A stretch of 64,000 bases of DNA from Bugula neritina (Eukaryota > Animalia > Bryozoa). A program made the translations under genes and the position numbers. The stretch is from NCBI GenBank assembly GCA_964035545.1, contig OZ037769.1, forward strand, positions 12,244,633 to 12,308,632, given 5' to 3'. Below, piece after piece: positions 53,201 through 63,442 of the stretch; position 1 is the first letter of the stretch; each line of letters opens with the position of its first letter. Under the pieces are notes generated by a model. The model saw only the letters and a program-made list of their open reading frames with translations, did not search any database and had not been told where the DNA came from.

Positions 53201-56200
53201 GTCTACGTGTAGTCTGCTCCATGGCTTTTCAGGCATCATCCAAAGGTGAACTGGTGACTTCTTTTCCTGGTTATGGTGCTCTCTGCAGGTTGAGCATTGC
53301 TGTGACAATTCTGTAATGTCGTTGTCTAATCTTGGCCAATAGACTGCTGTGCGGGCAAGTTGCTTCATACGTTGTCTGCCAAAGTGTCCCATATGTAGTA
53401 TTTCTAACACTTGTTTCTGCAGGGATAAAGGTATGACAATCCTTGCTCCATACAGTAGGCATCCGCTTTCAACTGTCAGTGAGGTTGCGATCTTCTTGAA
53501 GTCTTTAATGGTGTAGCCATCAGCGATTGTTTCTGACGATTCTTTGCTTTCTTCACCATCCATCCATTCTTCCATAGTGTATCGCATCACGGTGCTGAGT
53601 ACTGGATCTTTGGCCGTCTCTTTCTTTAGAACTCCAGGATCTGTAGGTTTCAGCTGCTTTCCAATAGTCTTTATTGTGCAAACTGTGTCGATATCCACAC
53701 CTTCTTCCTCCTTATCAAAGCCATCATCTGATTCCATTGGTAGGCGACTCAGTACGTCTGCATTGCCGTGGTCCGAGGTTTTTCTGTGTTCAATGGTGTA
53801 CTTGTATTGGCTGAGAGTGAGTGCCCATCTAGCAAGTCTGTTGGCTGCCATAGCTGGTGTTGCTTTGTTGGGTCCAAAGATTGCCAGTAGTGGTCGGTGA
53901 TCTGTAACCAATACAAAGCTTCTTCCATACAGAAACTGATGAAACTTGGTGATTCCAAATGTGATTGAGAGTGCTTCCTTCTGTACTTGACTGTATCTTT
54001 GCTGAGTTTTTGTCAGAGTTTTGCTGGCATGGGCAATTGGTCGCTCTGTCCCGTCTTGGTAACGATGAAACAACACAACTCCAATTCCAACTTCTGATGC
54101 ATCACAGGATATGCCAATTTGTAGAGAGGGGTCATAGTGTGCTAATACCAGATCACTGCTTAACATCTTCTTCAGTTGTAAAAATGATGTTTGCTGCGTA
54201 GTACCCCACTGCCATTGCTCTCCTTTCTGCAATAACTTTTGAAGTGGTGATGTGACCGTGGAAAGATCCGGCAAGAACTTGTGGTAAAACTGTACAGATC
54301 CTAGGAAGGATTTCAAGCTTCTAACATCAGTCGGGGCTGGCATCTTCTTCAAAGCTTCTACACCAGATCCTTTTTCTATACCTTTGTCAGAAAGCTTGTG
54401 TCCCAGGTATTCTACTGACTGTTCTGTGAATACACATTTCTCCAGTTTGCATCTTAATCCTTGGTCTTGCAGCCGTTGCAATAATCTTCGTAGATTTGTG
54501 ATGTGATATGTGGCTGTGGCTCCACTGACTAGAGTGTCATCCAAATAGACTGCTACTCCAGGTAGATCACATGTGAGCTGCTCCATAATCTCCTGGAAAT
54601 AACCGGGTGCTGAGCTGATACCAAAAGGTAAGCGCTTCTGTAGTAGAACACCACGATGAGTGCTGAGAGCCAACCTTCTTTGGCTTTCTGGAGCTAGAGG
54701 AATCTGATTGTATGCGTCTGCCAAGTCAATCTTCGAGAAACCATGTCCTCCTCCAAGTTTCCTCATCAGGTCTTCTGGCAAAGGAATTGGTTGACGATGA
54801 TCCTCTAGTTGAGAGTTGACTGAAACAGAGTAGTCTCCACATACACGTAGCTTTGGCTTTGGCTGTCCAGGTAGTTGTGCTTTGCGTATAGGAACTACTG
54901 GTGTGCCATAGGAATTGAACTGCACTGGCTCCCATACTCCTTTAGCAATTCCAACATCATAGGCTTGAGTTAAGTCTTCTTGAATGGCGTAAGGTACAGG
55001 TCGGGGTTTGCAGAATACTGGCTTAGCATCTTTCTTGAATTTGACTTCTAATTCAAAATCTTTGAGGCATCCCAGTTCTGGTTTGAAGAGGCTGCTGAAC
55101 TCCATTGTTAGTTTTTTAAAGGATTCCTTGAGATTGAGGTTGACATTATGAACATCTTTGCTGATGTCTTCTCCATCTGTAGGCTGCATCAAGGAATCCA
55201 CAGAAACTCCCAATTGTTGAATTCCATCTCTGCCGAGTAGGTTTAGGTTGGGTATTCTGCTGATGACGAATTGAAGTTTCTTCTCCTGCTGGTCTCTGAA
55301 TTTGGTGAAGAGTTCACAGGTTCCCATGATGTCAATTGGATGATGCGTAGCTAATTCATAATGTATCTGTTGTGATTGAAGATTAGGTGATCCTAGTCTT
55401 TTCCAGTTCTCTAAAGACAAGAAGTTGTCTCCTGCTCCAGTGTCGACTTCTAATTGAAAAGGTTGACGTTGAAGAGTTACATCTACTTGTAGTTGAGGAA
55501 CTGTGTTCATAGTCTTTAAGGTCCTGATAACTTTGAGTGGTTTGCTGTCATTCATCTTCTTCTTTCGACATACAATTTCAAGATGTCCAGTGAGTTTGCA
55601 GTAGTTGCATGTAGAACTTTTGTATCTGCATTCTGCTGGCTGGTGATTTGTCTTTCCACAGCGATAACAGGGTTTGTTGATCTGTGTTGGCTGGGTCGTT
55701 GGTGTAGAGCTTGGAGTCGTCTTCTTCTTGCTGACTTTATGGAGAGCGTTGACCTCTCCGTGAACAGTTTCTTTAGCTACTTTAGCTGCTTCTTCAGTTT
55801 CCACAGCGATTTCAGTAGCTCTGTTGAAAGTGAGATCTTCGTCCTTGAGTTTAAAGATTGCCTTCAGTATAGCTTCATTTCCTACTGAGCATATAAATCT
55901 GGTACGAAGTGCTTCATCTTGTGGGTCAGTAATTAAAGAAAAGTCACAAGTTGTTGCGTCATGTCGAATCCTAGCTGCTAGTTCTGGAATAGTCTCCCCT
56001 GGCTTCCTTTTCATGTCGTGCCAAAATCTGTATCGTTCTCTGATGATGAATGTCCTTGGGTTATATTGTGTCATCATGTAGTTGTTAACTTCATCCATCG
56101 TCAGTTTGTTGATCTCCTTCTTTGGTGTCTGCTGCTCCGCCCAATCACTCAACTGCTTGTAGATGGCTGTTGATTGGTTTGTCAAAAATACTTGTGGTAT

Positions 56201-59200
56201 TTTATCCTCTGCGATTGAGTTGGCTCCAATGAAGGTGGTGAATCTTGCTGAATATTGAGTCCATAGTTCTGTACTTGGATCAAATGCTGCAAAATTCGGG
56301 GTTGATGCTGGGGTTTTCTTCTCTGCTGACTGGGTGAGTAGTTGAATCAGCTCCCGATTTTCTGTTTGCTGCTGTTTCATCCTTGCTTCTTGCTGTTCCA
56401 TCCTTGCTTCTTGCTGTTCCATCTGTTGCTTCTGCAAATCCATCTGTTCCTTTTGCTGTGCCAACTGCTGGGTTAGCAAAGCTATCAGTTGATCTGTAGG
56501 TGTAGACATAATTTTTGAAGTATGTCTAAATGAAGAGTCTTTGAAGATTTGAAGATTCTGATGATAACCGCGTAAAGTAAAAGTAGATGATCAGTTGAAA
56601 ATCCTTGAAGCTGATCCTATCCTCGTCGCCAAAATCTGTTGTGTTTCAAACAGGTGTATTGATCATAAAATAATTTACAATGAAAACTGTAGAAGTGTTA
56701 CCACCTTATATATTAACTTGCACAGAAAAGCTGATATAGCTGTATATAAATAAACAAAACAAGCGCTGAAGCTAACATGAAAAAGCCATTACATCTTTTA
56801 GCTTTATGCAATGTCAGGCTATAACAGGCCATGTTATTGGCGATGGATTACTCATGCTCTAATATATATATTGTTGTGGCATTCCATGCATTGGTGCTGT
56901 TGTGGAGCTATGACTCCTTAGGAAATGGTAGTGTCTTTCACTTGGAAGTAGCTCGTGGATTGCTAGAAGCAGCACAAGTGTAGCATGTGTGGTGACCACT
57001 GACTATGTATAAGAAACTTCTACTGCAAGAGCTATGCAAAACTTATGTTTATATCATGCTTTGTGTTGAATATTCCAGGGTCTGTACAAAGTTATGTTAA
57101 ACCAACTGTGAATGACAAAAAGGCTGATAATATGGGCGATGATAACACTGAGGAGTCTAATGATGATGGTACTCCAGTGTGTAAGTTTATACTCATTATA
57201 TAGTTGACTATCTACTCACTATATAGTTGACTATCTACTCACTGTATAGTTGACTCTCTACTCATTATATAGTTGACTATCTACTCACTGTATAGTTGAC
57301 TATTTACTCACTCTATAGTTAACTCTCTACTCACTATATAGTTAACTCTCTAATCACTCTATAGTTAACTCTCTAATCACTCTATAGTCAACTCTGTACT
57401 CACTGTTGTATTTACAGTGGGTTCTCTAGAAGGCCCTGTACCTATACAAACAGGGAAACGTAATAGACGAAAAGTCGATCGACTAGCTGAGAACATCACA
57501 GTGGCTCTTTCAAGCACATCAGAGAAGAAAAAGCTCACAATTCCGGAGGGCACTGGTGTGAAACTTAGAGATGTTCAAGCCAGTAAGGTTTAGTTTAGCT
57601 TTGGAACCAGAAATTTATCTTCCTGCCAGAACATTGGCTGAGTAATGTCTCAATTATGTCCCTGGACTAGGATTGTTTTAGTGAATTTATGGCTTTTAGT
57701 AAAAATTTACTATTTAAGAACCATGATTCAAAACCTACAATATAGATTTGATATAGCTTAGTATAATACAAACCAAGAAGTGTGCTATTTAGAGTTGTCT
57801 TATCATTGATTATGTCTTTAAACTTACTTCAATTTGAACAATTTGGTGCCCGATCTTTTTTCTGCTGTGTTGATCATTGTTGCATGTTGTGAGAAGCTCA
57901 TTATCTTGGGGAGAAGTTTCATAAAGTTGATTTAAGCACAGAAACTTGGAATTATATTCCAACTTCATGAAAAATTATGTTATTCTCAAAAAGCTCCATC
58001 GCTTTAGGATCATGGTTATGTTTGTCAGAAGTTGTTTGATCTTGTGTTTTTATTTCCATGCTATATAAGCCCTCTAGTTCTTCTTTGACTCAATTACTGC
58101 TGCTGCTACTACTGCTGCTGCTGCTGCTGTAATGAAACATTTAAACTTCTGTAGTTGAGGAGGTCATCAACAAGACAAAAGCCGAAGAGTTGAAGATATT
58201 TCACAGACTACTGTATGGGTCTGTGGGAAAGGTATTGTCATACATTCAAACTGTGACAGATTAATTAATAATGCTATTTAGTTGAGATTTCAACTAGTTT
58301 TAATAAATACTGTCACTCAATCTGAACAGTGAAAGTTGAGTTTGAATTTATAATATGTTATGTGAGCGATTAGCACAAAGTAATGAGTGTTTTGGAATTC
58401 TAGTGAATTTGTTTGGTTGACTCAATCTGTTTTACTAAGTAGCTGATCAAACTGGAGTTAGTAATCTTAAACTATATTCATTTCTATTTAAATGTCGAGT
58501 AAATTATTATACAGCTCATGCACTAAGATAGCCATAGGTAGAGCTGTTGTGTATACTAACTCTACCTGTCGGTATGTAAACTTGGACTATCAACTTCAAA
58601 TGTATCTTATGAAATGCTAGGGCATGCTGGGAAATGCTCCGAGCACCTGCCAATCACCTGCTAACTGTTATAAAAAGTATTTAGTAATGCTCTACACTCT
58701 AACCCATATGAATTGGATTGCATTGCAGGCATTTTCAGTCTTGACATTCTGACATGTACTTTCAGCTTGTTAATTCACAACGATGTCTAATGTAATGGTG
58801 CTAATAGTTATAATGATATTTACTTTTGTGGTGTAGACATCCTCGGAGGTCAAGAAGAATATTAGAAATTTTTGTGGCTGGAGTTTTTCTCGAGAAGATG
58901 CAGAGTACAAGAGAAAGCAGTTGTCGGTCGCAAGGTTAGTACATGTATAGCGCTTTATATATATAGTTATTAGTGTGTATATAACACTTTATATATATAT
59001 ATAGTTATTAGCATGTGTATAGCACTTTATATATATAGTTATTAGCATGTGTATAGCACTTTATATATATAGTTATTAGCATGTGTATAGCACTTTATAT
59101 ATATAGTTATTAGCATGTGTATAGCACTTTATATATATAGTTATTAGCATGTGTATAGCACTTTATATATATATATATATATATTTATTAGCATGTGTAT

Positions 59201-62200
59201 AGCGCTGCGTATGTGTAGTTACTAGCACTTTGTATATATCGTTAATGGCACATGTATAGCAATCTGTATATCCAGTTACTAGCACATGTGTATGTATAGT
59301 TATTAGCACTGTGTAGTGTGTATATATATATTTATTAGCATGTGTATAGCACTTTATATATAATTATTAGTACATGTATAGCACTGTGTGTATATAGTTA
59401 TTAGTACATGTATAGCACTGTGTGTATATAGTTATTAGTACATGTATAGCACTGTGTGTATATAGTTATTAGTACATGTATAGCACTGTGTGTATATAGT
59501 TATTAGTACATGTATAGCACTGTGTGTATATAGTTATTAGTACATGTATAGCACTCTATATATATAGTTATTAGTACATGTATAGCACTGTGTGTATATA
59601 GTTATTAGTACATGTATAGCACTGTGTGTATATAGTTATTGGTACATGTATAGCACTGTGTGTATATAGTTATTAGTACATGTATAGCACTGTGTGTATA
59701 TAGTTATTAGTACATGTATAGCACTCTGTGTATATAGTTATTAGTACATGTATAGCACTGTGTGTATATAGTTATTAGTACATGTATAGCACTCTGTGTA
59801 TATAGTTATTAGTACATGTATAGCACTGTGTGTATATAGTTATTAGTACATGTATAGCACTCTGTGTATATAGTTATTAGTACATGTATAGCACTGTGTG
59901 TATATAGTTATTAGTACATGTATAGCACTGTGTGTATATAGTTATTAGTACATGTATAGCACTCTATATATATAGTTATTAGTACATGTATAGCACTGTG
60001 TGTATATAGTTATTAGTACATGTATAGCACTGTGTGTATATAGTTATTAGTACATGTATAGCACTGTGTGTATATAGTTATTAGTACATGTATAGCACTG
60101 TGTGTATATAGTTATTAGTACATGTATAGCACTGTGTGTATATAGTTATTAGTACATGTATAGCACTGTGTGTATATAGTTATTAGTACATGTATAGCAC
60201 TCTGTGTATATAGTTATTAGTACATGTATAGCACTGTGTGTATATAGTTATTAGTACATGTATAGCACTCTGTGTATATAGTTATTAGTACATGTATAGC
60301 ACTGTGTGTATATAGTTATTAGTACATGTATAGCACTGTGTGTATATAGTACATACCTAGTTATACAGTACATACCTAGCTATACAGTACATATCTAGGT
60401 ATACAGTACATACGTATCTATACAGTACATACCTAGCTATACAGTACATACCTAGCTATACAGTACATATCTAGCTATACAGTATATATCTAGTTATACA
60501 GTATATATCTAGTTATACAGTACATACCTAGTTATACAGTATATATCTAGCTATACAGTACATATCTAGCTATACAGTACATATCTAGTTATACAGTATA
60601 TACCTAGTTATACAGTACATATCTAGCTATACAGTACATATCTAGCTATACAGTATATATCTAGCTATACACCTGTATATTGTATACAACAGAATCAACC
60701 TGGTGGTACTAAAGACTTGGTGCACCATGCTGCAACTGTCACCTGCTGGCAGTAAGGAGACACTAACAGAAAGACTGCTGGAATTTCTATTAAAGCCAGT
60801 GTCTATTTCCAAGGAGACGAAGCAAGATGCAGGTGCTCTTTGTGTTACGTTCTGTGTTTATTGTCTTTAATGAGTGAGTGAAGCATGTTATAGTAGGGGT
60901 TGGTAGCTGGTGTTTAGGTAATCTGTAGGTACTAATTGTACTGTAGGTATTTACTGTACTATAGGCAATGGCTGTACTATAGGTAATGACTGTACTGTTG
61001 GTATTTACTGTACTGTAGGTAATGGCTGTACTATAGGTAATGACTGTACTGTAGCTACTGATTGTACTGTAGGTGCTGACTGTACTATAGCTACTGACTG
61101 TACTCTAGGTATTTACTGTACTATAGGTAATGGCTGTACTATAGCTACTGACTGTACTGTAGGTATTTGTTGTACTGTAGGTATTTACTGTACTGTAGCT
61201 ACTGTAGGTGCTGGTATTACTAATCTAGGTACTGACTATGTATCACTGTTATTAAGATGTTTTGGGTTTCATGTTTCATACAGGGAAGCGTAAACGAGCT
61301 TCTAAGGCTACAAAGAATCTACAGGGTGAAGATGAGGATAATGCTGATAGGTCAGTAGATGAGGTTCCTGACCAATCAGATGATAGTTTAGAAGAGGTAA
61401 GTATAGATTTGGTTTACCATCTTGTTCTGCAAAGTCACTGCACGCATTTCTTTGTTTGACTTCAAGTCTTGATTTGGTTTTCACGTATTCTGGTTTCGCT
61501 CTGGTATCTGAGAGTCTGAGTGTCTGATAAGGCATAAAAACCTAAAATAAAAATTATAAAATTATATACAATTCGCGGCCAAGTCAAGAATACAAATAAT
61601 AGCTATGATAACAATTCTTTTAACTATTAGACTTGCTATAAAGTAGATGGTGGAGATATGGGCCGAATGCTAATAAAATGTCTTTCTAAATAATTCTCAT
61701 TAATCTAAGTTGTGACAAATAGTTTATTGTGTCAGTTAGTATCTGCAGCCACTCAATAAACAAATAACCACAACATTTTCAAAAGTAATCATGAACAAGC
61801 TTTTTTTTACAATATTTATTTCCAACAAATAAAATTGTTATGTACAGGAGCCTAACTCAAAAGATTTTCTTGATCAGGTTAAAAGATATACTCATAATGC
61901 AAAATGCTAGTGATAGCATAATATATCTAATGTCTGAAAACTTTATAGAAGATTCAAACTGTTTAAATTCTCAACAGCTATAAATTAAACTTTCAGTATT
62001 TGTGCCATATCTTTGTACAGTCTGATTTAGTCACGTGCTGGTTGGGTTTAGACACAGTGCTAAGTTAGTCTTTAATAGACAGTGATACTAGCTAATATAA
62101 TTAGCTAAATCTTCTCCTCAGCAGTATCAATATTCGAAGGAAAGACTGGATCAATTTTACTATTATTTTATAGTAATCCAATCCAACCTCTTTTACCCAC

Positions 62201-63442
62201 ATAGATTTAAAGTATCGTTGCATACATAATCATTTCTAAGCAGCACTGAAGTGAATTACAGTTTTTAGCCGTATTGTATTTGTACATAAAAAGTGTTTTC
62301 AACTATTAGAGTTATTAGATATTCTTCTGCTCTTATAGCCTGCTGCTAAGAAACAAAAGAGAGGGAGGAAGCCTGCTGTCAACCCCTCCACCACCCCTTC
62401 CTCCGGAAAATCAAAGAACTCTGCTGACAGTGCTAAGAAGCCCGGGAGGAGAGGGCGTAAGAGTCAGCATAAGTCTAAGGAACTTATCCAGGATGAAGAT
62501 ATAGCTGGTCCCCCTACTGTGAGTATCAGGGGTGTAATGAAATACCCCCTACTGTGAGTATCAGGGGTGTAGTTGAATACCCCCTAATGTGAGTATCAGG
62601 GGTGTAGTGAAATACCCCCTACTGTGGGTATCAGGGGTGTAGTGAAATACCCCCTACTGTGAGTATCAGGGGTGTAGTGAAATACCCCCTACTGTGAGTA
62701 TCAGGGGTAAAGTGAAATACCCCCTACTGTGAGTATCAGGGGTGTAGTGAAATACCCCCTGCTGTGAGTATCAGGGGTGTAGTGAAATACCCCCTAATGT
62801 GAGTATCAGGGGTGTAGTGAAATACCCCCTACTGTGAGTATCAGGGGTGTAGTTGAATACCCCCTAATGTGAGTATAGCAAGTCACCTTCTCCATAATAT
62901 GTAGCAGGGATGTTATGAGTAATGTGGTATATTATTTCAGTCCAATGCATTTGATATATAGTCTCTCAATGTACTGCAAGGGTATGCAGTCGCTTTATTC
63001 TATGCATTATTTATTCTGGATTCCTTTTTATATTACTTCCTTTTAAGGACGCTGTCCTCACTAAGAAGATCAAGGAACTCCTGAAGACCGCTGACTTAGA
63101 GAAGGTCACGATGAAGATAGTGCGGCAGCAACTCATTGATATGTACCCTGAATATGACCTCTCCGATAAGAGAGACTTCATCAAGACTACCGTTAAAGAG
63201 GTAATTGTGAATTTCTAGTGCATTTAGTTCTGTAAGACCTCCCACACAAAGGAGTATCTGTACCTCCCACACAAGAGAGTAGCTGTACCTCCCACACAAA
63301 GGAGTAGCTGTACCTCCCACGCAAGAGAGTAGTTGTACCTTCCAGACAAGAGAGTTACTGAAGATGCTTGTGATTTAATTTGTTATATTACTGATCTATC
63401 ATTACCCTCATAACTGTTATATTTTAGATACTCGGTGCATAA
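50239..63442 (+). CDS. DEK: DEK chromatin protein (pseudo-SAP/SAP + DEK_C) with extended repetitive N-terminus, ~753 aa, 12 coding exons
   Basis: Exons 50239-50257, 50477-50547, 50759-51887, 57079-57180, 57418-57582, 58155-58231, 58837-58934, 60693-60832, 61284-61396, 62339-62518, 63048-63200, 63428-63442 (sum 2262 nt, in frame). GKRNRRKVDRL..TIPEGTGVKL..ELKIFHRLLYG..VKKNIRNFCGWSF..LKTWCTMLQL...GSKETLTERLLEFLLKP and PPTDAVLTKKIKELLKTADLEKVTMK...YPEYDLSDKRDFIKTTVKE match DEK. Joining of exons 1-4 rests on phase compatibility only. Confidence 0.9.
50770..51060 (+). repeat. Coding 24-bp repeat (NESSVDSK)x~12
   Basis: gagtcatctgttgacagcaagaat units at the start of the large DEK exon. Confidence 0.95.
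52103..56826 (-). mobile_element. Full-length Ty3/Gypsy (Mag-like) LTR retrotransposon
   Basis: 190-bp TG...CA LTRs at 52103-52292 and 56637-56826 differing at one base; TSD GGCCA (52098-52102 / 56827-56831). PBS TGGCGACGAGGATAGGAT (56614-56631) is complementary to the 3' end of tRNA-Ser(GCT); short PPT TAGTAGGGAGA next to 52292. Confidence 0.97.
52325..56509 (-). CDS. Gag-Pol polyprotein, 1394 aa, single ORF
   Basis: Two CCHC knuckles (CYRCGKTNHQPAEC, CNYCKLTGHLEIVC), protease VDTGA, RT LPFG...YLDD, RNase H CDAS...EAL...TDH, integrase H-H-C-C followed by HVDH/TDNG/AER. Domain order PR-RT-RH-IN. Confidence 0.97.
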   Translation of the reverse strand: MSTPTDQLIALLTQQLAQQKEQMDLQKQQMEQQEARMEQQEARMKQQQTENRELIQLLTQSAEKKTPASTPNFAAFDPSTELWTQYSARFTTFIGANSIAEDKIPQVFLTNQSTAIYKQLSDWAEQQTPKKEINKLTMDEVNNYMMTQYNPRTFIIRERYRFWHDMKRKPGETIPELAARIRHDATTCDFSLITDPQDEALRTRFICSVGNEAILKAIFKLKDEDLTFNRATEIAVETEEAAKVAKETVHGEVNALHKVSKKKTTPSSTPTTQPTQINKPCYRCGKTNHQPAECRYKSSTCNYCKLTGHLEIVCRKKKMNDSKPLKVIRTLKTMNTVPQLQVDVTLQRQPFQLEVDTGAGDNFLSLENWKRLGSPNLQSQQIHYELATHHPIDIMGTCELFTKFRDQQEKKLQFVISRIPNLNLLGRDGIQQLGVSVDSLMQPTDGEDISKDVHNVNLNLKESFKKLTMEFSSLFKPELGCLKDFELEVKFKKDAKPVFCKPRPVPYAIQEDLTQAYDVGIAKGVWEPVQFNSYGTPVVPIRKAQLPGQPKPKLRVCGDYSVSVNSQLEDHRQPIPLPEDLMRKLGGGHGFSKIDLADAYNQIPLAPESQRRLALSTHRGVLLQKRLPFGISSAPGYFQEIMEQLTCDLPGVAVYLDDTLVSGATATYHITNLRRLLQRLQDQGLRCKLEKCVFTEQSVEYLGHKLSDKGIEKGSGVEALKKMPAPTDVRSLKSFLGSVQFYHKFLPDLSTVTSPLQKLLQKGEQWQWGTTQQTSFLQLKKMLSSDLVLAHYDPSLQIGISCDASEVGIGVVLFHRYQDGTERPIAHASKTLTKTQQRYSQVQKEALSITFGITKFHQFLYGRSFVLVTDHRPLLAIFGPNKATPAMAANRLARWALTLSQYKYTIEHRKTSDHGNADVLSRLPMESDDGFDKEEEGVDIDTVCTIKTIGKQLKPTDPGVLKKETAKDPVLSTVMRYTMEEWMDGEESKESSETIADGYTIKDFKKIATSLTVESGCLLYGARIVIPLSLQKQVLEILHMGHFGRQRMKQLARTAVYWPRLDNDITELSQQCSTCREHHNQEKKSPVHLWMMPEKPWSRLHVDHAINFMGTNWLVLVDAFTKYPCIHPTSSISTKMTTNLLETDFTHFGYPHTIVTDNGPSFTSEEFQQWCKDRGIVNLRGAPYHPATNGAAERLVESFKQSLRKSTLPPREALQEFLMQYRRTPLPYGFSPSELLNGRQIRTKIDVLLPSPAHLSQRHQMQQNKTTNKLHCYTVETPCYALYYGPRRDRQPKWIKAVVIKVLGSRSVNVKVIPKGPVWKRHIDQLCPRHSSTEDTEPPDDLMVTTENTAQQEKTPEPDPVPSQPRRNPRQPDGDEYTRDHPRRSTRTRWQTRR
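57190..57405. repeat. 23-bp minisatellite (TATAGTTGACTATCTACTCACTA)x~9
   Basis: Fills nearly all of the 237-bp DEK intron; each unit contains the near-palindrome atagttgactat. Confidence 0.92.
58935..60350. repeat. 34-bp minisatellite (TATAGTTATTAGTACATGTATAGCACTGTGTGTA)x~40
   Basis: Begins at the donor gttagtacatgtatagc, which is itself the first partial unit. Confidence 0.95.
60350..60670. repeat. ~19-bp minisatellite (TATACAGTACATATCTAGC)x~17
   Basis: Abuts the 34-bp array and ends ~20 nt before the exon-8 acceptor. Confidence 0.92.
60915..61235. repeat. ~18-bp degenerate repeat (TGTACTGTAGGTA core)
   Basis: Recurrent tactgtag|gta and tactatag|gta in the DEK intron 60833-61283. Confidence 0.88.
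62510..62876. repeat. 35-bp minisatellite x11 containing the DEK exon-10 donor (CCCCCTACT|GTGAGTATCAGGGGTGTAGTGAAATA)
   Basis: Period 35; the first unit overlaps the last three codons (P-P-T) and the donor at 62519. Confidence 0.96.
63235..63352. repeat. ~25-bp repeat x5 (TGTACCTCCCACACAAGAGAGTAGC)
   Basis: Direct periodicity in the last DEK intron. Confidence 0.88.

Noticed and set aside
52407-56081. Small ORFs overlapping the Gypsy element, as a possible env or accessory gene
   Set aside because: Antisense or off-frame shadows of gag-pol; only ~30 bp separate the pol stop from the 3' LTR, leaving no room for env.
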